In this document: positions 1-7,622 of the stretch, piece after piece
Layout of the letters: every line of letters begins with the position of its first letter
How positions within the stretch are numbered: position 1 is the stretch's first letter
From: Bdellovibrionota bacterium
GTDB taxonomy: Bacteria > Bdellovibrionota > UBA1018 > UBA923
DNA: 38,890 nucleotides
Direction: 5' to 3'
Assembly (NCBI GenBank): GCA_040754655.1
Contig: JBFMCE010000031.1
Coordinates: 1 to 38,890, forward strand
Program-made: the position numbers and the translations under genes
The notes under the pieces: model-generated
What the model saw: only the letters and a program-made list of their open reading frames with translations
The model's database searches: none
Told to the model about the DNA's origin: nothing

Positions 1-80
1 TTGGCTTTGTTGAAATGTCTTCTGATGCTGAAGCTCAAGACGCGATCGCGAAGTTCAACGGCGCTGATTACGAAGGCCGT
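1..80. repeat. Left arm of a perfect 80-nt inverted repeat (partner 2416..2495)
   Basis: Bases 1-80 are the exact reverse complement of 2416-2495, compared base by base. The repeat may extend beyond the window edge. Confidence 0.95.
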
Positions 81-218
81 CCTATGACTGTTAGCGAAGC
101 GAAGCCAATGGCTCCACGTGAAAATCGTGGCGGCGGTGGTGGTGGTCGCGGTGGTTTCGGCGGCGGCGGCGGCGGTGGCCGTGGCGGTTTCGGTGGCGGC
201 GGACGCGGTCGTTACTAA
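1..218 (+). CDS. RRM (RNP-1) RNA-binding protein with Gly/Arg-rich tail, 5'-truncated by the window edge
   Basis: Reads (G)FVEMSSDAEAQDAIAKFNGADYEGRPMTVSEAKP, the C-terminal half of a bacterial RRM, followed by GGGGGGRGGFGGG...RGRY. Paralogue of 2281..2631. Confidence 0.93.
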   Translation, partial: GFVEMSSDAEAQDAIAKFNGADYEGRPMTVSEAKPMAPRENRGGGGGGRGGFGGGGGGGRGGFGGGGRGRY

Positions 219-257
219 TCCCCAACCCTAAAAGATCATAAAAGTTCTTATATTCAT

Positions 258-300
258 AAACAGGCACGCGACACGAATCGTGGGGCGTGCCTGTTTTTTT
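258..300 (+). terminator. Intrinsic terminator between the RRM gene and infA
   Basis: AAACAGGCACGC-GA-CACG-AAT-CGTG-GG-GCGTGCCTGTTT stem, with a T7 tract at 294-300. Confidence 0.8.
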
Positions 301-318
301 AAAGCAAGGAGTGCTCAA

Positions 319-540
319 TTGGCAAAAGAAGACCTCATTCGAATTGAAGGAAGGATTTCAGATTCTTCCGGTGGCGGAACCTACAAAGTGTTGCTTGAAA
401 ATGGCGTCACTATCTTGGCTAAGCTTTGCGGCAAAATGAAACGATTCAACATACGCGTCATCGTAGGAGACAGAGTGACCGTAGGAGTTTCACCCTATGA
501 TGCTTCTCACGGACTCATTTTACACCGACAAAAACTCTAA
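319..540 (+). CDS. infA: Translation initiation factor IF-1
   Basis: TTG start at 319 with SD AAGGAG at 306-311. (M)AKEDLI..EG...YKVLLENG..ILAKLCGKMKRFNIRVIVGDRVTVGVSPYD..HGLI.HR is the IF-1 OB-fold signature. Confidence 0.95.
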   Translation: MAKEDLIRIEGRISDSSGGGTYKVLLENGVTILAKLCGKMKRFNIRVIVGDRVTVGVSPYDASHGLILHRQKL

Positions 541-546
541 CACGTA

Positions 547-777
547 TTAAGCCGGGCTGTCTTTCAACGTAGAGTAAAGATCAGAAAGCTCTTTAAGCGC
601 GTCCTCGGACGGCATGAAGGATTCGCTATCCAAGCCGTGTTGTTTCATGATGGAAGATATCCTTGGTTCTGACTGAGGATATTTCCTTAACATAAAAAAA
701 ACCTGTTGATCCCAACGGTCCAGTAGCCTCTTTTCGGGCGTCGATTCTTCTTTGAACTTTTTTCTCTTTTGAAACAT
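547..777 (-). CDS. Small hypothetical protein (76 aa)
   Basis: Fills the gap between infA and the helicase terminator. A well-spaced sigma70-like promoter lies directly before its ATG. No family recognised. Confidence 0.6.
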   Translation of the reverse strand: MFQKRKKFKEESTPEKRLLDRWDQQVFFMLRKYPQSEPRISSIMKQHGLDSESFMPSEDALKELSDLYSTLKDSPA

Positions 778-783
778 GTCGTA

Positions 784-812
784 ATCGTATCTAACTTGCG
801 GCCAGTTGTCGA
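784..812 (-). promoter_or_regulatory. Sigma70-like promoter, predicted leaderless start at ATG 777
   Basis: TCGACA(812-807)-N17-TACGAT(789-784)-N6-ATG, with no SD. Confidence 0.55.
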
Positions 813-881
813 TTACACAGAAGAAATCGATTTTAAGACGAGACTCTTTTGCCTAATGGGCGATGCGTCATATGAACTTTC

Positions 882-933
882 AAAAAAAGCGACCTCGCCT
901 AGGGATACTTTGCCCAAGACAAGGTCGCTTTTT
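882..933 (-). terminator. Intrinsic terminator (possibly bidirectional) downstream of the DEAD-box helicase
   Basis: Minus strand AAAAAGCGACCTTGTCTTGGG-CAAAGTAT-CCCTAGGCGAGGTCGC-TTTTTTT. G-U wobbles pair only on the minus-strand RNA. Confidence 0.85.
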
Positions 934-985
934 CCTATCTCTGAGGAAATGCATTCTACAATCAGAACGCTCAAACCTTGAGTAT

Positions 986-2107
986 CTAGTTCACGACAAC
1001 TTGCTTCACGACGGCAGAAGGGGCCGTTTTAGCAACAAGCCGAGAAATCTCGCGCCAGAGTGGGCGCTCTTCAGGCGTTACCAAGCTAACAGCTTGCCCT
1101 TCTGCTCCAGCTCGCGCAGTACGGCCGATTCGATGGATATAATCTTCTGCCACCATTGGGAGATCGTAATTGATGACATGAGCGATATGAGGAACGTCAA
1201 TTCCCCGAGCAGCGATATCCGTAGCCACCAAGATCCTGAACTTTCCTTTTCGAAAACCCTCAATCGCATCGATACGCTGCCTTTGAGTGCGATCGCCGTG
1301 GATGCGATTTGCTCGATAACCCGCTTCACATAGAAATCGCGCCAATCGATCCGTTCGCCTCTTCGTCCTGGCGAAAATGATCACCGAACCCTCACGCGCA
1401 TTCAGCTCATCAACCAGTTTGTCGTTCTTCGCATTTGAGGTCGTCTGAATCATCGACTGAACGATGTTTTCAGCGGGTTGAGAGACGGGTCCGATCGAGA
1501 TTTTCACCGGATCCTTCAAGTACTTCGCGGCAAGCTTTTGTATATCGTTCGGAAGAGTGGCTGAAAAAAGCATTGTCTGCCTGCTCTTCGGCAAGAAACG
1601 CAGGATCTGACCGAGCTGAGGAGCAAATCCCATGTCTAACATGCGATCCGCTTCATCAAGCACCAAAATCTCAGCGCTTGAAAGAGAAACAGTGCCTCGA
1701 CGTAAGTGGTCGACAAGGCGGCCCGGGGTCGCCACGAGGATGCGTGGCCTCTTCGACAAGGTCCGAATCTGCTGATTCATCGCTGCCCCGCCGATAAGCA
1801 CGCATCGGGTAAGTTGTTGAGTATTGCGGGTCAATTGCCCCAAAACCTCATCGATTTGAAGGGCCAATTCTCGGGTAGGCGCCAAGATAAGAGCCGTCTT
1901 TCGCGAGACCTTTAACAAGTTTGAGATCAAGGGAATGCAAAAAGCCGCGGTTTTACCGGTGCCTGTTTGCGCGCAACCCATGAGGTCGCGATTCATCAGA
2001 CCAACGGGAATCGCCTGCTCCTGGATCGGAGTCGGAGTGATATAATTCATTGCCGCAAGAGCGCTCTCAAGAGGCTGCGGAAGGGACAAATCTTTAAAAT
2101 TTAACAT
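986..2107 (-). CDS. DEAD-box ATP-dependent RNA helicase (RhlE/CshA-like core, no long C-terminal extension)
   Basis: Q-motif (PTPIQ), AQTGTGKT, PTRELA, TPGRL, DEAD, SAT, ARGID and HRIGRTAR motifs. Start placed at MLNFKDL (2107) because the upstream in-frame extension is a hairpin-rich leader. Confidence 0.96.
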   Translation of the reverse strand: MLNFKDLSLPQPLESALAAMNYITPTPIQEQAIPVGLMNRDLMGCAQTGTGKTAAFCIPLISNLLKVSRKTALILAPTRELALQIDEVLGQLTRNTQQLTRCVLIGGAAMNQQIRTLSKRPRILVATPGRLVDHLRRGTVSLSSAEILVLDEADRMLDMGFAPQLGQILRFLPKSRQTMLFSATLPNDIQKLAAKYLKDPVKISIGPVSQPAENIVQSMIQTTSNAKNDKLVDELNAREGSVIIFARTKRRTDRLARFLCEAGYRANRIHGDRTQRQRIDAIEGFRKGKFRILVATDIAARGIDVPHIAHVINYDLPMVAEDYIHRIGRTARAGAEGQAVSLVTPEERPLWREISRLVAKTAPSAVVKQVVVN

Positions 2108-2280
2108 ATCAGGAATTTTTCTTTTCAGACTTTCTGCCTGTGCAGAATAAGTCCGTGTGAGAGTCATAGGAAGACAGGCGCCAATTGAGCGCCTCTTAAT
2201 GACGTGAATCTGACGGTGCACCCCTATCTCTTGATAAGGGTGCACGAAAGATCAACTAGATTAAATCGAGCTGGATTTAC
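2108..2280 (-). promoter_or_regulatory. Structured intercistronic leader with four predicted hairpins between the RRM gene and the helicase
   Basis: Minus-strand stems: TAAATC/GATTTA (2262-2279); GTGCACCCTTATC-AAGA-GATAGGGGTGCAC (2216-2245, 13 bp with one G-U); GTCAT..AGGCGC-N7-GCGCCT..ATGAC (2163-2203); GACT..TTCTGC-ACAG-GCAGAA-AGTC (about 2128-2153). Confidence 0.55.
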
Positions 2281-2631
2281 TTAGTAACGTCCGCCGCGAA
2301 AACCGCCGCTGCCGCCGCCGAAACCCCCACGATCATTGTTGCGTGGGCGTCCGCCACCGAAGCCACCACGATTTTCACGTGGAGCCATGGGACGAGCTTC
2401 GTTTACGGTCATTGAACGGCCTTCGTAATCAGCGCCGTTGAACTTCGCGATCGCGTCTTGAGCTTCAGCATCAGAAGACATTTCAACAAAGCCAAAGCCT
2501 TTGCTTCGACCCGTATCGCGATCTGTGATGACTTTTGCAGATTCAACAGTGCCAGCTTGAGCAAAGATATGCTCAAGTGACGATTCGTCCGCGGAAAATG
2601 GTAGATTACCAACAAATAGTTTCTTACCCAT
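2281..2631 (-). CDS. RRM RNA-binding protein with Gly-rich C-terminus (Rbp-like)
   Basis: RNP-2 (KLFVGNL), RNP-1 (RSKGFGFVEM), RGG-rich tail, SD AAGGAGG. Confidence 0.96.
   Translation of the reverse strand: MGKKLFVGNLPFSADESSLEHIFAQAGTVESAKVITDRDTGRSKGFGFVEMSSDAEAQDAIAKFNGADYEGRSMTVNEARPMAPRENRGGFGGGRPRNNDRGGFGGGSGGFRGGRY
2416..2495. repeat. Right arm of the 80-nt inverted repeat (partner 1..80)
   Basis: Exact reverse complement of 1-80. Confidence 0.95.
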
Positions 2632-2884
2632 GAAAACCTCCTTAAGGCTAGGCAGCTACTCAAAGAGGCCAGGAGCACCATGCTTCGAACTCTTACAAGT
2701 CAGCGTAAACTATAACGGCGTCACTTTAACAGATTCCAGACTAAATAGATAGGCATTTTGGGGTGGCCGTTCCCTCGTCTGGAGCAGATCGACCGACCAT
2801 CCGTTGTTATGCTCTGCATCCATTTTTAGCCTGCTTTGCGCTTAGTTTTTGCAAGAACTTGTTTGTGTAAAATGGGGGATTTTC

Positions 2885-3391
2885 ATGAAAGAGGAAGCTT
2901 CTACCAGGGCCTTGTTAAAGGCTCCTGCCATCAGAAGAAGACTTAAATTCTGGAGGCACCAATGGGTTGCGGTTCCCCTCCTGTTGGCGATCCCTATTTT
3001 AGCCGTATCCGGGGTTTTTGGAGAAAAGTCTTGGGAACTCACTCAGATGAAAAACGACGTTCGCATCAGGGTGAAGTATCCGGAACGTTTCCGTTACAAT
3101 CAACTTCAACCAATTGAGGTCGTGGTTGAAAACTTGGCGAATACGACGTTGAAAGACGTCGAGGTCAGATTTGACACGGCCTATATCAATAAATTTTCAA
3201 ATGTAAGCTTCATACCTGAACCGCATAACGCCTATCGCATCAAGCTCAACACGCTTGGTCCCAAAGAACAGCAAGAAATTGCCGCCGAGATCCAAGCCAA
3301 AGACTACGGAAAACACGCAGGTTCAGTGGAAGTTCTCGCCGAGGGCGCAGTCTTGGCCAAGGTAGACATCTCTACGATCGTATTTCCGTAA
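2885..3391 (+). CDS. Single-TM membrane protein with a beta-rich extracytoplasmic domain; upstream partner of DUF421
   Basis: SD GGGGG before ATG 2885. One hydrophobic span (WVAVPLLLAIPILAVSGVFG), then an alternating beta pattern. 16-nt gap to the next gene. Confidence 0.75.
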   Translation: MKEEASTRALLKAPAIRRRLKFWRHQWVAVPLLLAIPILAVSGVFGEKSWELTQMKNDVRIRVKYPERFRYNQLQPIEVVVENLANTTLKDVEVRFDTAYINKFSNVSFIPEPHNAYRIKLNTLGPKEQQEIAAEIQAKDYGKHAGSVEVLAEGAVLAKVDISTIVFP

Positions 3392-3407
3392 TTTTAATGA
3401 GGTTCTT

Positions 3408-3884
3408 ATGGAGACAGTCCTTCGAGTCCTTATCATCTATGCCTTTATTACAATTGTCCTGCGCATTCTCGGGAAGCGAGAGCTCTCAGAGCTTTCACCG
3501 TACGAGCTCGTAATGGTCATGCTCGTCCCAGAACTCGCTACCCAAGGGCTCAACCGCAACGACTACTCGATCACGAACTCCATCATCGGAATTTCAACCC
3601 TCCTGAGCCTTGTATTCTTGAATTCCGTCCTGACTTACAGGTTCAAGAAGATAAGCGAAGCCATCGAAGGAGCGCCTTCAATTCTTTTTCACGATGGAAA
3701 ATTTTTTGAAGATACGATGCATCGGGAACGCGTTTCAGCTGATGAGATCATCAGCGAAATGCACTCGGCAGGCATTGAGACCCTGGGCGAGTTGAAATGG
3801 GTGATACTAGAGCCGGACGGGAAGCTATCATGCATTCGAAAAGAAAATCAGAACTCCACGAGACTTGAAAATATCGGAGCCTAA
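3408..3884 (+). CDS. DUF421/YetF-family membrane protein
   Basis: LRILGKRELSELSPYELV, EGAPSILFHDGK and ILEPDGKLS motifs; three TM segments. Confidence 0.9.
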   Translation: METVLRVLIIYAFITIVLRILGKRELSELSPYELVMVMLVPELATQGLNRNDYSITNSIIGISTLLSLVFLNSVLTYRFKKISEAIEGAPSILFHDGKFFEDTMHRERVSADEIISEMHSAGIETLGELKWVILEPDGKLSCIRKENQNSTRLENIGA

Positions 3885-3898
3885 ATAAAGCCAATGCT

Positions 3899-4651
3899 TC
3901 ATTTCTGCGCGCCACCCCGGGCTGCCTGCCGCTCTTCCGCATCGAGCTGATTGTAGCGATTCCTTTCCGTAAGATAGCGGGCATCAAGTTGATCGAGGGC
4001 TCGCTGTTGTTTTTCGACCTCTTTTTGATGGGCTTCGATTTTTGAAAGCAATTGCTGATGCTGCGTTCTTGAACTGGCGAGCTGTTGCCGCAATTGATCA
4101 CGTCGCTCAACCTGCCTCGTCGCCTGCTCTTCTCGCGCCCTTCGGTTCAGGTCCGCAGCGACGGCTTGATCGACCAGTTCATTCTCTAATGCAGAGGCCC
4201 TGTCGAGCTCTCGGTTGTATTGTCCTACCACGTCATCCATTCCGACAATGACGAGGTTAGCTTGGTTCGCAGCTTCAATTTCCTCTCGCAGCTTTGCCGC
4301 ATTAGATCGTACATTCTGAAGCTGGCGTTCGGTTTCAGAAACTCTTCGCATCAGATCGAGGTCAAGGCTATGAGATTGCGTGCTTGATTCCTCAAGATTC
4401 TCGGCGGCCCGCCATTCCTGCTGTCGAAGCTGCTGCTCAAGGCCTGCAATCGTTATTTCTTGTTGTTGCAGCTGCTCAAAGAGCGCTTGATGCTCTTCAA
4501 CGCGCTTCTCGACCAGTTGATGCTGATCAGCAAGCTTTTGATCGAGCTCCTCGACGACTTTTTCTTGCGCTTCAAGCGCTTGAGCGTCAATGGCTGCCGA
4601 CGTCAAAGCAAGGGCGTGAATGGCCGCCAAGAGCATGAAATACAACGTCAA
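3899..4651 (-). CDS. Secreted coiled-coil hypothetical protein
   Basis: Signal-peptide-like N-terminus (MLLAAIHALALTSAA) and Q/E/R-rich heptads throughout. The TTG start overlaps the osmC stop; ATG 4636 is an alternative start. Confidence 0.75.
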   Translation of the reverse strand: MTLYFMLLAAIHALALTSAAIDAQALEAQEKVVEELDQKLADQHQLVEKRVEEHQALFEQLQQQEITIAGLEQQLRQQEWRAAENLEESSTQSHSLDLDLMRRVSETERQLQNVRSNAAKLREEIEAANQANLVIVGMDDVVGQYNRELDRASALENELVDQAVAADLNRRAREEQATRQVERRDQLRQQLASSRTQHQQLLSKIEAHQKEVEKQQRALDQLDARYLTERNRYNQLDAEERQAARGGAQK

Positions 4652-5109
4652 ACCATCATCCTCTGCGTTTCAGAGCTCACGACAAGCATCGCTGTTCGCA
4701 AAATAATTTGAACACCGCTCAACGCCTTCGAAACAGGACAAGTATTTTTAACCTCTTCGGCCATTCTCTGGAACATTTCCGCTTCAATTCCCGGGATGCT
4801 GCCTTCCGTTCTGATCTCTATCTTTGTCAGTGCAAACTCGCCATCTTGAGTTTTATCGAGGAAGACCTGCGCATAGCTGTGAATCCATTCGGGCACAAAA
4901 CGCTCTTTCGTCAGCCGAGCAGCAAGAGCCATCGAGAAACAACTCGCCAAGGCTGACGCTATCAATTCCTCGGGATTCGTACCCACACCCGATTCAAAGC
5001 GAGAAGCAAAAGAAAAAGGCCCGAACACCTGACCGGTGGCCGATTTGAATTCTCCTCTCCCGTCTCTTAACTTGCCATACCAACGTGCTTCAGCCATTTG
5101 CTCAACCAT
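4648..5109 (-). CDS. osmC: OsmC-family peroxiredoxin
   Basis: AEARWYG.LRDGRG, FSFASRFE, GTNPEELIASALASCFSMAL and CPVSKAL with both catalytic Cys; SD GGAGG. Confidence 0.93.
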   Translation of the reverse strand: MVEQMAEARWYGKLRDGRGEFKSATGQVFGPFSFASRFESGVGTNPEELIASALASCFSMALAARLTKERFVPEWIHSYAQVFLDKTQDGEFALTKIEIRTEGSIPGIEAEMFQRMAEEVKNTCPVSKALSGVQIILRTAMLVVSSETQRMMV

Positions 5110-5144
5110 AAGATCTAACCTCCATTTCCAAGAGAATCTTACGA

Positions 5145-5160
5145 TGCAATGGAAGTGCCG
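5145..5160 (-). promoter_or_regulatory. Sigma54 (-24/-12) promoter for osmC
   Basis: CGGCAC-TTCCA-TTGCA (GG-N10-GC), 35 nt upstream of the osmC start. Confidence 0.65.
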
Positions 5161-5199
5161 ATTCCCTCGGTCAAACGAACAGCAATTTTTAATTTAAAA

Positions 5200-6087
5200 T
5201 TATCCGAGACGGAAAGCCTTCATGAGTTTTGCTGAAATAGGATTCTCAATCTTGCGCGAAGCCGCGATAAGATAGATCTCTTCTGAAATGCCCTGCAACT
5301 TTCCAAGTTCGAACAGTTCCTGACGTTTTGTCAGTTCGAGGGCCGCGACTTCCGGTACTGCGATTAAACCAATACCCTCACTGCCCAAAAGCTTCTGAAT
5401 CGCCGTGTCTTGGGTCTCAGCGATCATATTGAGCTGCATGCGAGATGCTTGAAAATAGTGTTCAAGATCGTGACGCAATTTGCTATGGCGGGTCGGAAGA
5501 ATAAATGGCTGCCCATTGAGAGAGCTCGGGAAATCTTTCTTGAGTTCTTTATACTTCGAAGCGCCGCAGACCGAGATCGGCAACCGCGCGATCATGCGCG
5601 AGAGCACACCGGACGCCTCTGTGACCGACGGCACGTAGTTGGCCAATACGAGATCGATTCGATGCAAGAGAAGCTCTCGCAAAAGCTCGTCTCCTTTGCC
5701 TTCCAGTATTGAGACTACGCAATCACCTAGTCGGTAGGCCTCTTTAGCCAGCTCAAGGGCGATGTGTTTTGGGACGCTATCGAGGGCCCCGACCTGTACA
5801 TGAATCTTATTGGGTTTGATTTGATCGTGCAGCACCTCGACCATCTCCGAACCCAGGCGGAAGACCTCATTCGCGTACTCAAGCGCGATTCGACCCGCTT
5901 CGGTCAAGATGAGCTTCTTATGAAACCTCTCGAAGAGCTTGATATCGAGCGAATCCTCGAACTGCTTTAACTGCGAGCTCAGGGTAGGTTGCCCTAGTTT
6001 CAACTTTTGAGCAGCTTTCGCAATGCTGCCCTCGGTGGCAATTACCTTGAAGTAATACAAATGATGGTAGTTGATTTGAGGGCTCAT
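5200..6087 (-). CDS. LysR-family transcriptional regulator, NhaR-like subgroup
   Basis: INYHHLYYF..IATEGSIAKAA..L.LGQPTLSSQLKQFE HTH; VGALDSVPK and HRIDLVL in the substrate domain. Confidence 0.9.
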   Translation of the reverse strand: MSPQINYHHLYYFKVIATEGSIAKAAQKLKLGQPTLSSQLKQFEDSLDIKLFERFHKKLILTEAGRIALEYANEVFRLGSEMVEVLHDQIKPNKIHVQVGALDSVPKHIALELAKEAYRLGDCVVSILEGKGDELLRELLLHRIDLVLANYVPSVTEASGVLSRMIARLPISVCGASKYKELKKDFPSSLNGQPFILPTRHSKLRHDLEHYFQASRMQLNMIAETQDTAIQKLLGSEGIGLIAVPEVAALELTKRQELFELGKLQGISEEIYLIAASRKIENPISAKLMKAFRLG

Positions 6088-7442
6088 TCAGGCCTGACGC
6101 GCCAAACTGTGAGGCTGATACACATCGCTACTACCGTGAACGCCGCCATTAAAAAGAAGACCTGAGACCATCCGCTTCTCACGACCAAGGTCGCCACGCC
6201 GATTCCGGACAAAGTCGCGGCAAGGTACCCCACCCCGTCGAGAAGCCCTGCAGCGGTTCCCGCCGTTTTCTGCCCCCCGAAATCGAGTGCGACGACCCCG
6301 CCAACCAGCGAATAAGGGCCCAAGAGAAAGAATCCTACTCCGCCAATGAGAAGCATCGCCGTATTCGAAAGAGTGAACCATTGGCCAAAAAGCATGGAAG
6401 CTTTTTCAGACAACTCTGAAACAAAGGCAAGCCCCAACAAGGAAACCAGAAGGCCAACCATCAAACCAAACATGACCGGGGCGCGCCGGCCCGAAAGGAA
6501 GCGGTCAGAGAACCAACCCGCGAAAAGCGTACCCACGCATCCCAGAAGAGGGAATACGGCTGATTTGAACGCCGATGAACTCGCGCTCAGGCCCATTTGA
6601 GAGAAGTAGGCGGGAACCCACACATTGAAGCATTCTCGCAAAAGGGTAAGCATGAAAGAAAGCGATAACATCACGAGGAATTGTTTCTTCTTCAATAGAA
6701 AACGAAATCGGCCAAGATAGGTAAGTCCATCGTGCACAGCCACTGCGGTGTCTTTTGGATTCTTAACCGGCAGACTCGGCTGATCTGAAAGATTCTTTGA
6801 AGGGTTGTCTTGAATGAACGGATAAATCAACAAACCAATCACCGCGAGCGTCGCGGCCGGCACGATGAAGAGTCCCTGCCAACCCACTCCTTTCGAGAGA
6901 AGAAAAGCCGCGAACAATGCCGCGATCACGCCCCCGAACTGGTAGCTGATCGCCATGAACCCCATGGCCGTTCCGTAACTCTTTTTTGGAAACCAGCGCG
7001 ACATTACGTTGACCAAGCCCCCCCACCCCATCGACTGGAAAAAGCGATTGATCGACCAGCAGATGATAAAAAAAGTAATAGCGGTGCCATTGCTAAAAAG
7101 AGCAGAGAGCGCGGCGCTCCCAAACAGGCCTATGAAAAAAACTTTCTTCCCCCCCAAACGAGAATCCGCCAACCCGCCCGTCAATACCTTTCCTACCGCA
7201 TAAGCCAAGGTGCCGGCGCTTGCGATCCAACCAAACTCAATGGTCCCGAGTCCCATCGAATCTTTCATGGGGATGTAAGCCACGCCCAGGTTCTGGCGGC
7301 ACAGGTAATAAGCAGAATAACCAACCAAGAGCGCTAGAAAAACGGCAAGCTGCCGCGGAATGAAGCCGGTGGACACCTTATTTGCTTTGACCCGCTTGGA
7401 TTCGCGAATGGAGCCGATCTCGACTGACTCAATGTTTTCCAT
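6084..7442 (-). CDS. MFS transporter, organophosphate:Pi antiporter (GlpT/UhpC-like) family
   Basis: GYSAYYLCRQN, YAVGK, WSINRFFQSMGW, RWFPKK.YGTAMG and AGTAAGLLDGVGY motifs; about 12 TM segments. Confidence 0.9.
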   Translation of the reverse strand: MENIESVEIGSIRESKRVKANKVSTGFIPRQLAVFLALLVGYSAYYLCRQNLGVAYIPMKDSMGLGTIEFGWIASAGTLAYAVGKVLTGGLADSRLGGKKVFFIGLFGSAALSALFSNGTAITFFIICWSINRFFQSMGWGGLVNVMSRWFPKKSYGTAMGFMAISYQFGGVIAALFAAFLLSKGVGWQGLFIVPAATLAVIGLLIYPFIQDNPSKNLSDQPSLPVKNPKDTAVAVHDGLTYLGRFRFLLKKKQFLVMLSLSFMLTLLRECFNVWVPAYFSQMGLSASSSAFKSAVFPLLGCVGTLFAGWFSDRFLSGRRAPVMFGLMVGLLVSLLGLAFVSELSEKASMLFGQWFTLSNTAMLLIGGVGFFLLGPYSLVGGVVALDFGGQKTAGTAAGLLDGVGYLAATLSGIGVATLVVRSGWSQVFFLMAAFTVVAMCISLTVWRVRPE

Positions 7443-7622
7443 TTATGTCCCTTTCGCCATTGACCAATTGAGTTGCCGACATGAATTCTTCCTTTTCACC
7501 AAAGGATCACTATTTCAGAAATGAACGGTCTGTCATCCAAAGGTTTTTTAGGTTTTTGTTAGCGCGTGAGAAGGGCTTAATCCGGGGTCTTGGCCCGAAT
7601 CCTGAATACAAAAATCTCACTT

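Noticed and set aside
128..210. (GGN)n low-complexity tract
   Set aside because: It encodes the Gly/RGG tail of the RRM protein; not a VNTR or CRISPR.
280..318. 13-codon N-terminal extension of IF-1 in the ORF track
   Set aside because: It lies in the terminator hairpin; the SD and homology support TTG 319.
319..540. IF-1 as a degenerate paralogue (SGGG for LPN, GLI for GRI)
   Set aside because: As I recall, Bdellovibrio-type IF-1 carries similar substitutions, so this is probably lineage-normal; not verified by search.
769..981. 70-aa plus-strand ORF
   Set aside because: It spans a terminator and a promoter of the opposite strand, and has no SD or recognisable motif.
2108..2245. 46-aa N-terminal extension of the helicase
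   Set aside because: Homology begins at MLNFKDL, and the region is better explained as structured RNA.
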